A DNA stretch of 64,000 bases from Deltaproteobacteria bacterium HGW-Deltaproteobacteria-14 (GCA_002841945.1 PHBI01000006.1:453-64452), one strand, 5' to 3'. Shown: positions 29,008-39,486, counted from the stretch's first letter. Notes: a model not told the origin generated them from the letters alone. Numbers and translations: made by a program.

Positions 29008-31158
29008 ATGTCCGACGATCCCGACAGCCGCCCGGTCCCCCACGACGCGCTCGAGGAGCCGCTGGCCCTGTTCCGCGAGGGCAAGCTCGAGCTCGCCGCC
29101 CTCGCCGAGATCCTCGTCCGCTTCGGTCGCTCCGATCACGCGGAGGCGCCGCGCGCAACCATGGCCGCGCTCCTGGCGCGCGAGCTGCGCCACACCGTGC
29201 CTGCGGACGGACCGCGCACCCGCCAGCTGCGTCCCCGCTCGGCGGCGAAGACGGCGGGCCCGGCCACGCGGGTCGGCGCGACGGGCCTCGACCGCTTCAC
29301 CACCGCCGCCGGCGTCGCTACCACGGTCGCCCTGGGCCTCGGCCCCGACAGCCCGGCGCCGACCGATCCCGGCGACGTCAGGCACGCCTTCGGGCGCGTC
29401 CTCGGCGAGGGCGGCGTGGGCGTCGTGCGCCTCGCCGTCGACCGCGATCTGCGCCGCGCCGTGGCGATCAAGGGCCTCCGCGACGAGCACCGCGACGACC
29501 CGGTGCTGATCCAGGCCTTCCTCGAGGAGGCCATCATCACCGGCGGCCTCGAGCACCCGAACATCGTCCCGATCCACGAGGTCGGCCTCAGCGCCGAGCT
29601 CGGGCCCTACTACACGATGAAGCGCCTCGAGGGCGAGCCCCTGAGCGACCTCCTCTCGCGCCTGCGCCACGGGGATGAGCCTGGCTCAGGGCCGGCCCGC
29701 CTCGGCCGCTACATCGAGTTCTTCGCGCAGACCCTGCGCGCCGTCGCCTACGCCCACGACCACGGCGTCATCCACTGCGACCTGAAGCCCGCGAACATCG
29801 TCGTCGGCCGCTACGGCGACGTCACGGTCATCGACTGGGGCCTCGCCAAGCTCCTCGGCGTCGGCGGCCGCGACCAGGCGCGGACGCGCCTGTGGAGCGG
29901 CTCGCCAGGCTATATGTCGCCAGAGCAGGCGCTTCTCCAGGACGTCAACGCCCTCGACGCGCGCACCGACATCTGGTCGCTCGGAGCGATCCTCTACGAG
30001 ATCCTCACCCTCACCCTGCCCTTCGCGAGCGACGACGGGAGCCTCCCCGAGGCCGTCCACTGGCGCACGATCCCACCTCCCGGCGTGCGCGCGCCGGACC
30101 GCCCCATCCCCCCCGAGCTCGACCGCCTGTGCATGCGGATGCTCGCGCGGCGGCCAGAGGACCGCCCGGACCGCGTCCAGGACGTCCTCGCGACGACCGA
30201 GGCCTGGCTCGACGGCAGCCGCGAGCGCCAGCGTCGGCAGACCGCCGCGACGCACGCCCTGACCGAGGCGTCCGAGGCGCTGCGCGAGGCTCGCCCCCTC
30301 GAGGAGGCCATCGACGCGCTCCAGACCGGCGCGGATCCCGCCGGCAGCGAGGCCTTCGCCGAGGCCCGCGACGCGCTCGTGGAGGTGTACGAGGTCGCCT
30401 GCGACGCCGTCCTCGCGGGGCTCGACCTCAACCCGGACGGCGCCGCCCTGCAGCGCGCGGCGGCCGCGCTCTACTGGTACACCTTCCAGCGCCTCCACCC
30501 GGGCCGCGTGGCGACCACCGCCCCCCTCGCGCGCCGCGCCATCGCGCTGCTCGAGCGGCTCTCCCGTGTCGCCTTCGAGCCCATCATCGCGCGCGGCCAC
30601 GCCAAGGGCGCGCCGGCCGCCCAGATCGCCGCGCGGCTCAGCGACGTCACCGATCCCTGGGTGGCCGCCGCGACCTGCTTCGCGGCCCGGGAGCCCGACA
30701 ACCCGCTCGCCGACGAGCTCCTCGCCCGCGTCGCCGTGCTGCAGCGCGCCGACATCTTCGGCGGCACCCCCGGGCACGAGCTGCTCGCCGTGGCCGACGC
30801 CTGCGAGCGCGTCACGTTCGCCGACGGCGGCGCGATCTTCAGCGTGGGAGATCCCGGCGACGCGCTCTACGTGGTGCTCACCGGCACGGTCGCGATCGTC
30901 CGCGGCGGGCGAGTCCTGTCGGTGCTGACGCCGTTCGCCTGCTTCGGCGAGGTCGCCCTCGTGGACGGATCGACCCGCACCGCGACCGCCCGCGCCCGCG
31001 GCCCCGTCAGCTGCCTCGTGCTCACCGGCGAGCGCTTCCAGGCGATCCTCCGCCAGGACGGCACCATCGGCCTGCGCGTGATGAAGGTCCTGGCCGAGCG
31101 CCTCCGCGACGCCACCGAGCGCGAGCTCAACCCGTCGCTGAAGGCTCAGCAGCGGTAG
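29008..31158 (+). CDS. Soluble Ser/Thr protein kinase with a C-terminal cyclic-nucleotide-binding domain
   Basis: LGEGGVG, VAIK, HCDLKPAN, DWG, GSPGYMSPEQ; cNMP cassette FGEVALVDGSTRTATARA. Confidence 0.9.
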   Translation: MSDDPDSRPVPHDALEEPLALFREGKLELAALAEILVRFGRSDHAEAPRATMAALLARELRHTVPADGPRTRQLRPRSAAKTAGPATRVGATGLDRFTTAAGVATTVALGLGPDSPAPTDPGDVRHAFGRVLGEGGVGVVRLAVDRDLRRAVAIKGLRDEHRDDPVLIQAFLEEAIITGGLEHPNIVPIHEVGLSAELGPYYTMKRLEGEPLSDLLSRLRHGDEPGSGPARLGRYIEFFAQTLRAVAYAHDHGVIHCDLKPANIVVGRYGDVTVIDWGLAKLLGVGGRDQARTRLWSGSPGYMSPEQALLQDVNALDARTDIWSLGAILYEILTLTLPFASDDGSLPEAVHWRTIPPPGVRAPDRPIPPELDRLCMRMLARRPEDRPDRVQDVLATTEAWLDGSRERQRRQTAATHALTEASEALREARPLEEAIDALQTGADPAGSEAFAEARDALVEVYEVACDAVLAGLDLNPDGAALQRAAAALYWYTFQRLHPGRVATTAPLARRAIALLERLSRVAFEPIIARGHAKGAPAAQIAARLSDVTDPWVAAATCFAAREPDNPLADELLARVAVLQRADIFGGTPGHELLAVADACERVTFADGGAIFSVGDPGDALYVVLTGTVAIVRGGRVLSVLTPFACFGEVALVDGSTRTATARARGPVSCLVLTGERFQAILRQDGTIGLRVMKVLAERLRDATERELNPSLKAQQR

Positions 31159-31170
31159 CCGACCGGGAGG

Positions 31171-32475
31171 TCAAGGCCGGCGGATGGCGCGGTAGGTCAC
31201 CGGGCGTGGAAGCGAGGTCACGGTCGGGGTCCGCGGGCGCGGGATCGAGCGCGCGGTGCTGGTCCGACAGGGCTGGGCCGCGTCGGACAGCCACGTGCGG
31301 GCTCGGGCGCGCTCGTCGGGGCTCAGCGGGCTTTCGTCGAGCCACGCGTCGAGCGCCCCCGGCGGTCCCTCGGAGGTGCGCAGGAGGAGCTCCGCCAGCT
31401 GGACCGCGCGCGCGACCGGCCCGTCCGCGTCGGAGAGCTGCCGGTGGTGGGCCGCGACCGCGCCCACCACGCTCGCCGGGAGGCCCCAGAGCCCGAGGAG
31501 ATAGGCGCCCACCGCGTCGTGGGCCGCGCCGAAGCGCGCTCTCTCCTGGGCGGTGATGTCGCCGTCACCGCAGACGTCTTCGTACTCCTCGCCGAAGATC
31601 ACGAACATGACGAGCTGGCCGATGTCGTGGAGCATCGCGGCGACGTAGGCGTCGTTGCGGCCGCGCCGCTCCGCGAGGCGCATGGCGACGCTCGCGGTCG
31701 CCATCGCGCGCGCCTGGAGGACGCGCAAGAACCCCTCGGGCACGCCGGCGGCGTTGAAGCGGTCGAACATGGCGAGCCCGAGGACCATGCTGGAGACCAT
31801 GCTGCGGCCGAGGTAGGCCACGGCGTCCTTGACCCGTATCACCGGCTCGGCGAGCGCGAACGCGGCGGAGTTCACGGTGCGCAGGACCGACGCGACCATC
31901 ACCGCGTCCCGCTCGATCACCCGCGCGACGGTCTGGGCGTCGCTCATGTCGTCCTGCAGGACCGCCTGGAGCTGGGTGTAGATGTGCGGGACCGCGGGCA
32001 GGCGCTTGACCCCGCCCACCAGGGCCCGCACCGCCCGGTCGCGCACCAGGTCGCGGATCTCCACCGCCTGGCTGAGGGTCTCGATCAGCCGCACGTGATC
32101 GCAGGGCTTCGGCAGGACGCGGTGCGCGACGGTGTAGACCTCGCGCTGCTCGGTCGGCGCCGTATAGCCGCTCAGCACGACCCGCACGGCCTCGGGGAAG
32201 CGGGACCGGGCGGTCTGCAGCAGCGCCAGCCCATCGACCCCGGGCATCCGCACGTCGGTGACGAGGATGTCGACGGGGACCTCGGAGAACACCTCGAGCG
32301 CCTCGCGCCCGGAGGTGACGAAGCGCAGATCCCACGCGTCGCGGTGGCGCCGCAGCTGACGGCGGATCCCGTCGAGCACCGCTTGCTCGTCGTCCACGAA
32401 CAGGATGATGGGCCTGACCTTGGCCTCCGCCGTCGGCGCGGCGGCGTGCGACGCATCGTGCCGCGTCGACGCCAT
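31171..32475 (-). CDS. Response regulator with REC and HDOD domains
   Basis: ILFVDDE, VTDVRMP, LPKP; LPAVP, VLRTVNSAAF, AAMLHDIGQL, H..VGAYLL..WGLP; start overlaps the kinase stop (TGATG). Confidence 0.9.
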   Translation of the reverse strand: MASTRHDASHAAAPTAEAKVRPIILFVDDEQAVLDGIRRQLRRHRDAWDLRFVTSGREALEVFSEVPVDILVTDVRMPGVDGLALLQTARSRFPEAVRVVLSGYTAPTEQREVYTVAHRVLPKPCDHVRLIETLSQAVEIRDLVRDRAVRALVGGVKRLPAVPHIYTQLQAVLQDDMSDAQTVARVIERDAVMVASVLRTVNSAAFALAEPVIRVKDAVAYLGRSMVSSMVLGLAMFDRFNAAGVPEGFLRVLQARAMATASVAMRLAERRGRNDAYVAAMLHDIGQLVMFVIFGEEYEDVCGDGDITAQERARFGAAHDAVGAYLLGLWGLPASVVGAVAAHHRQLSDADGPVARAVQLAELLLRTSEGPPGALDAWLDESPLSPDERARARTWLSDAAQPCRTSTARSIPRPRTPTVTSLPRPVTYRAIRRP

Positions 32476-33677
32476 CAGAACGCCGCCTGCGCGCGCACAC
32501 CGGCATGCACCGGGAGCAGCAGCGTGAAGGTCGTGCCGACGCCGACCTCCGAGTCGACGGTGATGCGCCCGCCGAGTCGCTCGACGACGACCTGATAGGT
32601 GAACGACAGCCCTTGGCCCGAGCCGCGCCCCACCACCTTGGTCGTGAAGAACGGATCGAAGATGCGGTCGCGCACCTCGGCCGGGATCCCGACCCCGTCG
32701 TCGCTGAACGACACCACCACGTGGCCGCCCTCGAGGCGCGTCGCGACGCGGATCCGACCGCGCGGCCCGTCCTTGTCTCCGATGGCGTGGGCGGCGTTCA
32801 CGATGAGGTTGAGGAACACCTGATTGAGTAGGGACGCGTCGGCGCTCAGGAACGGCACGTCGCCGCGATCGAACTCGACGTCCGCGACGTATTTGTACTC
32901 GTTGCGCGCGATCACGAGGGTCGTGTCGATCTCGGCGTTGACGTCGATCGGCTCGCGCCCGTCCCGCGGGTGCGCGAAGACCTTCATGGCGCGGACGATG
33001 CGCGCGACGCGGTCGGCCCCCTCCTTCACCCGGGCGAGGGCGTCGGGGATCTCGGCGAACAGATAGTCGAGGTCGGCGCGCTCTTCCGCCGCGGCGATCG
33101 CCGCCCAGGTCGACCCGGGGAGGACCGACGGGGCGAGCGCCGCCAGCGCCTCGCGATAGCGCCGCACGCAGACGGCGAGGTCCTCGAAGGCCTCGGCCAG
33201 GAAGTGGGCGTTGTCGTACACGAACTGGATGGGTGTGTTGAGCTCGTGCGCGATGCCGGAGGCGAGCTGTCCCACCGACTCGAGCTTGCGCGCGTGCAGC
33301 AGCTCCCCCTCGAGCCGCTTCCGCTCGGTGAGATCGACCGCGATGCTCACGAAGAGGCCGGCGGTGCCGCCGGCGTCGTGGGCGCGGGTGGTCGAGACGA
33401 GCATCGGGACGGTGCCCCCATCGGCGGTGCGCCAGGCGCACTCGACCCGCTTGATCCCGGGGCCGACCTCGTTGCGCGCGGCCTCTGCGTCATCCCAGAA
33501 GCGGGCCACCGGGCCGTTGATGAGCGCCGCGGCGTCGATCCCGAGCACCTCCGTCGCGCGCCGGTTGGCCGCGACGACGCGGCCGTCGAGGGACCAGACG
33601 ACGAGCGCTCCAGGCATCACGTCGGGGAGCGTGCTCAGGATGCCGTCGGCGGGGGATTCGGGGGTCGTGCGGCTCAC
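32475..33677 (-). CDS. PAS-domain sensor histidine kinase
   Basis: PAS/PAC then GQLASGIAHELNTP (H-box), QVFLNLIVNA, DDGVGI, FDPFFTTK, GSGQGL; GTG after GGAG. Confidence 0.92.
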   Translation of the reverse strand: MSRTTPESPADGILSTLPDVMPGALVVWSLDGRVVAANRRATEVLGIDAAALINGPVARFWDDAEAARNEVGPGIKRVECAWRTADGGTVPMLVSTTRAHDAGGTAGLFVSIAVDLTERKRLEGELLHARKLESVGQLASGIAHELNTPIQFVYDNAHFLAEAFEDLAVCVRRYREALAALAPSVLPGSTWAAIAAAEERADLDYLFAEIPDALARVKEGADRVARIVRAMKVFAHPRDGREPIDVNAEIDTTLVIARNEYKYVADVEFDRGDVPFLSADASLLNQVFLNLIVNAAHAIGDKDGPRGRIRVATRLEGGHVVVSFSDDGVGIPAEVRDRIFDPFFTTKVVGRGSGQGLSFTYQVVVERLGGRITVDSEVGVGTTFTLLLPVHAGVRAQAAF

Positions 33678-33993
33678 GGGGTCTCCGGCGAGGCGTGGCG
33701 GAGTTGGGGGGGCTCCACCAGTCTCCAACGGTGGCCACGACCGACTTCTTGAACACAAACGGCGCCGCCGGCCACGCGGCGGGTGGCGACGCCGCCCCCT
33801 CTGCCCGCCGCCCCGGGGCGTTCGAGCCGCCTCCCAGGCGCCTGTGCGCTGCGAGAGACCGCCCGCTGCCGACCGCGACATCCTCGTCCCTGGCGACGCG
33901 CTTTTGCGAATCCCACACTTCTTGCATTGCAGCATTCGTGGTCCAGGCGGGCGCCCCCTTGCTGCGGTGCGGGTGAACTCGTACCGTCGCGGC

Positions 33994-36204
33994 ATGAAAC
34001 GAACTCGCGACGCGTCACTCGGGGACCCACGCCCTCCCCGCTGGGGGTTGGCGTCGGTCGCCCTGCTCGCGCTCGCCGTCGGGTGCGGTGGCGAGGCAGC
34101 GACGACCACCGACACCCTGGTCCTCGACCCCGACGTCGTGGCGGACACGACCTCCGCGACCGACACGGCGAGCGCGCCGCCTGACGCGGTGGTCCCCGAC
34201 GACAGCGCCGCGCCCCCCGACACCGCGCCCGAGGACACCGTCCCCGATGACGCCGACAGCGGGCCGGACCGCGACAGCGCGGTGGCAGACAGCGCGCCCG
34301 CCGACGGCTCCGCGGCCGACACGGACACCGGCCCCGCGCCGCCCATCACCGTGACGCGGCCCCACTGGCGCGTGACCTTCGAGGACGACTTTCGCGGCCC
34401 GACCGGCGCCCCGTCGGACCCCTACTGCTTCGATCAGCTCGACCCGCAGTGCCACATCTGGCCCGGCTCCACCCAGGACTGCGACCTGTCCGACGTCGGC
34501 GGCGACGGCCCCTTCCCTCCGACCCGCGCCAACCTCGACGCGTCCATCGCCGTAATGGCCCCCGGATACGACACCAGCGCGATGAGCGACGGAGACGTGA
34601 AGACCCTCTACGGCGGGCTCCTGCGCGACCAGATGGCCGACCTGAACAAGTGCAATTGGACGCTTTACCAGATGGTAAATTGGATGGCGACAGACTACCA
34701 GGGGCACTGGTCGGCCAGAATGGACGGCTCACAGGTCCGGGTCGACCGCAGCGGCAAGGGCTATCTCGAGCTGTCCGCGGCCTACGCGCCGGTCAGCTAC
34801 GACTGCATCTACGGCGGCTCGCTCGGCGGCCCGAACTGCTTCGTCTACGGCTTCGCCCCGGGCGAGTTGACCCCGGGGGTCACCTACTGGGTCGACCCCG
34901 ATCCCGCCTGGCCCGGCGTATACTACGCCCCGGTCGGCGGCGGCTGCCCCTACGGTGGCACCTTCGGCGGCGTGAACTGCCAGGTGGTCTCGTTCCCGCC
35001 CCACTTCCTCGAGGAGACCGGCGTGGCCTACTGGGCCGACCCCGATCCACGCTGGCCGGGGGTCTACTACGCCAACCAGACCTACCGCTGCCGCGACAAC
35101 ATCGATTACGCGCCGTCGCTCGGGTTCCGCAACCTCACCTGCCCCATCCTCAACGGCGCCGTCATGAGCTTCGCACCCAACAACAAGCCGTGGATCGACG
35201 GCGACGGGGTCGCGCACCCGCGCGGCGTCATGCAGAGGTTCGGCCGCTTCGAGGCGAAGGCGCGCCTGCCGCGCGGGATCGGCGCCTTCCCCGCGACGTG
35301 GCTGATGCCCGAGTCCGGCGGCTGGCCCTACGACGGCGGCGAGATCGACGTCATGGAGGCGCGGGACGCCGCCAACGAGGCCTATCAGACCTATCACCAC
35401 GGCAAGTGCTACCAGGCCGCCACCGGCCAGGAGATAGAGGCCCCCGGCGCGGCCGAGTGCGCCGCCGCCGGCGGGGTGAGCGTCCACCTCGACAAGGGCT
35501 TCACCACCGTCGAGCGGTCCGCCGACGAGCTCTGGCGGCGCGACCACCTGTTCGCCGTCGAGTGGACCGACGACCGGCTGGACTTCTACATCAACAACGT
35601 CAGGACCGGGACCATCACCGTCGGGACCCAGGCCAACGTGGCCGCCGGCACCCCCGCAGGGTTGGCGGCTTTCGAGAGCTCGAACTTCCCGACCGCCCCC
35701 TTCTACTGGATCCTCAACCACTCCACCTACGTGCCGAGCAGCGCCTGGGCGGGCTTCGTGAAGCAGACGCTGCACATCGACTACATCCGCAACTACGTCG
35801 CGTGCGGCACGGACAACGCCGAGTACTGCCCCGGCGCCGGCCTGTTCGTCGAGGGGACGGGCTGCGTGGACGGAGCGGTGGTCCGACCGAGCCCGTGCCA
35901 GCCCAGTGACCGCGAGTGCGTCAACGGGGGCACCCCGGACGGTGCGCGCTGCCGCGTCTGGACCTTCGCGCCCGGCGAGCTGAACGGCGCCATCTCGGGC
36001 TACTGGATCGACGTGACGGGCACGGCGCCCGGCGTCTACTACCACGCGACCGGCAGCGGCTGCTCCTACGGCGGCGCCCAGAACGACGCCGGGTGCCGCC
36101 TCGCGGCCTTCCCCGACGACCTGGCAGAGACCGGTGTCAGCTACGACCTCGACACCACCGCGAGCCCGCCGGGGGTCTTCTACACCCCCGACTTCCGCCA
36201 GTGA
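33994..36204 (+). CDS. GH16 glycoside hydrolase lipoprotein with four Cys/aromatic repeats
   Basis: Lipobox AVGC; D/T/A/P linker; FEDDF, GRFEAKARLP, FPATWLMP, catalytic GEIDVME, FAVEW, IDYIR. Confidence 0.85.
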   Translation: MKRTRDASLGDPRPPRWGLASVALLALAVGCGGEAATTTDTLVLDPDVVADTTSATDTASAPPDAVVPDDSAAPPDTAPEDTVPDDADSGPDRDSAVADSAPADGSAADTDTGPAPPITVTRPHWRVTFEDDFRGPTGAPSDPYCFDQLDPQCHIWPGSTQDCDLSDVGGDGPFPPTRANLDASIAVMAPGYDTSAMSDGDVKTLYGGLLRDQMADLNKCNWTLYQMVNWMATDYQGHWSARMDGSQVRVDRSGKGYLELSAAYAPVSYDCIYGGSLGGPNCFVYGFAPGELTPGVTYWVDPDPAWPGVYYAPVGGGCPYGGTFGGVNCQVVSFPPHFLEETGVAYWADPDPRWPGVYYANQTYRCRDNIDYAPSLGFRNLTCPILNGAVMSFAPNNKPWIDGDGVAHPRGVMQRFGRFEAKARLPRGIGAFPATWLMPESGGWPYDGGEIDVMEARDAANEAYQTYHHGKCYQAATGQEIEAPGAAECAAAGGVSVHLDKGFTTVERSADELWRRDHLFAVEWTDDRLDFYINNVRTGTITVGTQANVAAGTPAGLAAFESSNFPTAPFYWILNHSTYVPSSAWAGFVKQTLHIDYIRNYVACGTDNAEYCPGAGLFVEGTGCVDGAVVRPSPCQPSDRECVNGGTPDGARCRVWTFAPGELNGAISGYWIDVTGTAPGVYYHATGSGCSYGGAQNDAGCRLAAFPDDLAETGVSYDLDTTASPPGVFYTPDFRQ

Positions 36205-36599
36205 CGCCGCGAACATAGACACCCGGGCGCTGCGCCCCGCACCCCGCGAAGCAAGCCCCCTAGAGGGCCGTCGGGCCCAACGCGAAGCGGGCCAGGCGGT
36301 GGCGAAACGACCTCCGCGGCGTGGCTCCTCCCCACGCTGCGCGCGCCGGCCCGAAGGCCACCACCGACCCTCAAGTGTGCGTTGCATGACGGTTTCCGTA
36401 CGGAGAGAAACCGTCCGCGCGTCAAGCACCTCTATGATACGGTGCTCGCGATATCGTAACGCGCCGTGTGCATCGCACGGCGACGCCTGCGGGGGCGCCT
36501 TTGCGTAGAGATCCTCCCGGACACTGGGCCGCCTGGCCGGCCTTGTCATTGCTCCTGTCCGCAGGCGCCCGCGACGCGACGCTCTCCGGCGCGCCGACG

Positions 36600-38565
36600 G
36601 GGAAGCTGCAGATCAGCGTGGCGCCGCTGACGCTCCCGGGGCTGGCCCTGTACCCCGGACACCGAGGGGGCGTGCGTCGACATCGCCCTGCTCTTCGACG
36701 CCGACGGCGCGCGCGGGCGCACCTTCGTGCTCGGCTTCGCCTGCACCGCGGGCGCCGAGACCGGCGTCGCCACCACGCGCCTGCTCGACGATCTCGCCCT
36801 CGACTGTGACGTGACCTCGGACGCCGCCACCTTCGCGGCCGACGTGACCCTCGACCCGGGCGCCCCGCTCCCGGGCAACCTCTGCACCCCCGGCGCTGAC
36901 GGCATGAGCCCCTGCGCCGCCATCACCGAGGCCGACCCGGCCCAGGTCGACGCCGACGACTACCTCTTTCAGGCGGCGGTCTACCGCGGCGCCGAGGCGC
37001 TGACCTCGGGCGGCGGCCTCGCCCACAAGGTCTACTGGAACGTCGCCCTCGGCGTCCGCCCCGGGATCAGCGCCTGCACCCTGCACAGCGCCGGCACCGC
37101 CGACGACGGCGCCGACCCCGACGACGGCGTCACCGCCAACCCCGACGGCGACGGCGGCCAGGTCGCGGCCGGCCTCGTCTACCCCCAAGTCACCTGGGAG
37201 GTGCCGCTCGCGGCCTGTGGCAGCGAGGCCCTGACCTTCGGCGACCCGACCGCGCCCGTCCGCGCCGACTACACCGACATCGGCGCCGCCTGGCCGACGG
37301 ACTTCGACCACCGCTTCGCACCCAGCGAGGCCGCGACGCGCTCGGCCGCCTGCACCGGCCTGCCCGCGGACGCGGTCTGGGACACGGTCGACACGATCGT
37401 CCAGACCTGGGACGGCGGCGCGTGGGTCCCCACGAACGTCGGCGCCTTCGACAGCTCGGAGACGACGACGGCGTGTCACTTCGTCTGCGCGGTCAACACG
37501 GTCTGGACCGACGGGGGCTGCGTCCCGCTCGCCGCCCCGCCGAGCCTCGCGGCGGTCGTCCCCGACCACGGCGCCACCGCCGGCGGCGATCTCGTCACCC
37601 TCGTCGGCACCAACCTCGCGGTCGGCGCGACGGTCGCCTTCGACGGCGTTGCGTCGCCGGGCGTGACGCGCCAGAGCGCGTCGCGCCTCGTCGCCCGCGT
37701 CCCCGCCGGGGCAGCCCCCGGCCCGGTCGTCGCCACAGTCACCAACCCCGACACCGGCGCCGCCTCGCTCGCGGCCGCCTACACCTATGGAGACCCGCTC
37801 ACCATCCGCGTCTGCGAGAAGGACGCCACCGCCACCGGGAGCAGCAAGTCCGTCGCCATCTACTACTCCGACGACGATTGCGGGGGTGCCCTACCGGCGA
37901 CCGACGCCGAGGGCGCCGTCCGCTATGCCCACGCCACCAACGGCTTCACCAACGTCAGCGCCGTCGGAGGCGCGAGCCCCAGGATGTCGCTGTGGACGCT
38001 CACCACCGGCACCCGCGGGTTGGAGCTCGACGCGGTCTACTTCCCGGCCGCCGGCGCCATCCGCTGCAGCAAGTCGTGGAACCCCGGCGCCGTCTCCAAC
38101 GCGGCGACGACCTTCAGCGCCGCGAACTGCGGCGGGACGCTCCCCGACAGCTCCTACGTCGGCGTGCTCAGCAGCCTCACCCCTTACGCCGGGGCGATGA
38201 CCTTCGCCGTCTAGGACGCGGGCCAGTCCGGGGGGCCCGGCATTCACTTCTGGTCGTACAGCACCACCGGCAACCCGGCCGCCGCCACGGTCGTCTATCT
38301 TCCCCGGGCCGACGCGATCGTGTGCACGAAGAGCGTGAGCCTCTCCGGTGGGACGCCGAGCGGGACCAGCGTCTACTTCACCGCCGCCGACTGCGGCGGT
38401 GCCCTGCCCTCCATCCAGCACGTCGGCGTGCTGCGGCACGTCTACCCGTGCGGCGGCGCCATCTCGTACGGAGCGCTCGACTTCGGCGCGCCAGGCGTCT
38501 GGCGCTTCCCCAAGTCGAGCTTCTGCGGCTCGACGACGCTGGAGGCCGTCTACTTCCGCCGCTGA
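36600..38565 (+). pseudogene. Disrupted exported protein: 'KVYWNVALG' domain, IPT/TIG domain and three Cys-containing repeats
   Basis: 5' remnant GKLQISVAPLTLPG (36600-36647) is in another frame; the main frame lacks a signal peptide and RBS; in-frame TAG at 38212-38214, after which the frame stays open to 38565. Confidence 0.75.
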
Positions 38566-38601
38566 CCTGCCGCGGCGCGCGGCGCCGCGCGCCCTCGCGC
38601 C

Positions 38602-39486
38602 TCAGCGGCTGAGCCCCTCCGCCAGCATGTCGAACACGACCCGCACGCGGCGGCTCGTCCGCACCTCCCGGTGGGTCGTGAGCCACATCGGTACCGGGAT
38701 CATCAGGTCCGGCAGCGCGCGCCGCACCCGCGGATCGGCGTCGCCGATCTCGGCCATCATCACGCCGATCCCCGAGCCCTGGGTCACCAGCGCCCACTGC
38801 ACGTGCTGGCTCGCGCTCACCCACGGGAAGTGGCTCGGCCCGACGCTCACGCCCATGGCGTTGAGGCCCTTCATGAACACGTCGGTGGCGTCGAAGGCGA
38901 TGAACTCACCCCGCGACAGCTCGGCCGGCGTGGTCGGATCGCCGATCGACGCGAGGTAGGCGGGGGTCGCGTAGAGGTAAGCCTCGTCGTCGCGGATCTT
39001 GCGCGTCACGAGGTCGGGGTCGGTGGGCCGATAGCTGCGCACGGCGATGTCCGCCTCGCGTCGCGCGAGATCGCTCGACTGGTTGGTCGCGATGATCTCG
39101 ACCGAGATGCCCGGGTGCGCCGCGCGGATCTCGGCCACGATCGGCGGCAGCACGTGGCTGGCGTTGACCTCGCCGGCCGAGATGCAGATCGTCCCGTTGA
39201 GCGACACCGCCTGTCCGGCCGCGATCCGCGACACCCGCGTGGCGGCGTCGCTCATCAGGCGCACGTGTTCGACCAGCTCGAGCCCGGTGGGGGTCAGCTC
39301 GAGCGAACGTCCGACGCGCTCGAAGAGCGCGACGTCCAGCTCCTGCTCCAGCGCGGCGACCTGGCGTCCGACGGTCGGCTGCGCGATGCCCAGCGCTCGC
39401 GCCGCGCCCGAGAACGAGCCCTCCTCCGCGGTGGCGAGGAAGGCCCGCGCGCGGTTCCAGTCGAAGCTCACCCGTCGCCAATCCAT
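38602..39486 (-). CDS. LysR-family transcriptional regulator
   Basis: FDWN..RAFL..AEEGSFSGAARAL...QPTVGRQV..LE..L...LFER; READIAVR. Confidence 0.95.
   Translation of the reverse strand: MDWRRVSFDWNRARAFLATAEEGSFSGAARALGIAQPTVGRQVAALEQELDVALFERVGRSLELTPTGLELVEHVRLMSDAATRVSRIAAGQAVSLNGTICISAGEVNASHVLPPIVAEIRAAHPGISVEIIATNQSSDLARREADIAVRSYRPTDPDLVTRKIRDDEAYLYATPAYLASIGDPTTPAELSRGEFIAFDATDVFMKGLNAMGVSVGPSHFPWVSASQHVQWALVTQGSGIGVMMAEIGDADPRVRRALPDLMIPVPMWLTTHREVRTSRRVRVVFDMLAEGLSR

Noticed and set aside
38212-38214. Pyrrolysine or selenocysteine recoding of the internal stop
   Set aside because: It is TAG, so it is not read by the local tRNA-Sec; no pyl genes are in the window; the gene is also damaged at its 5' end
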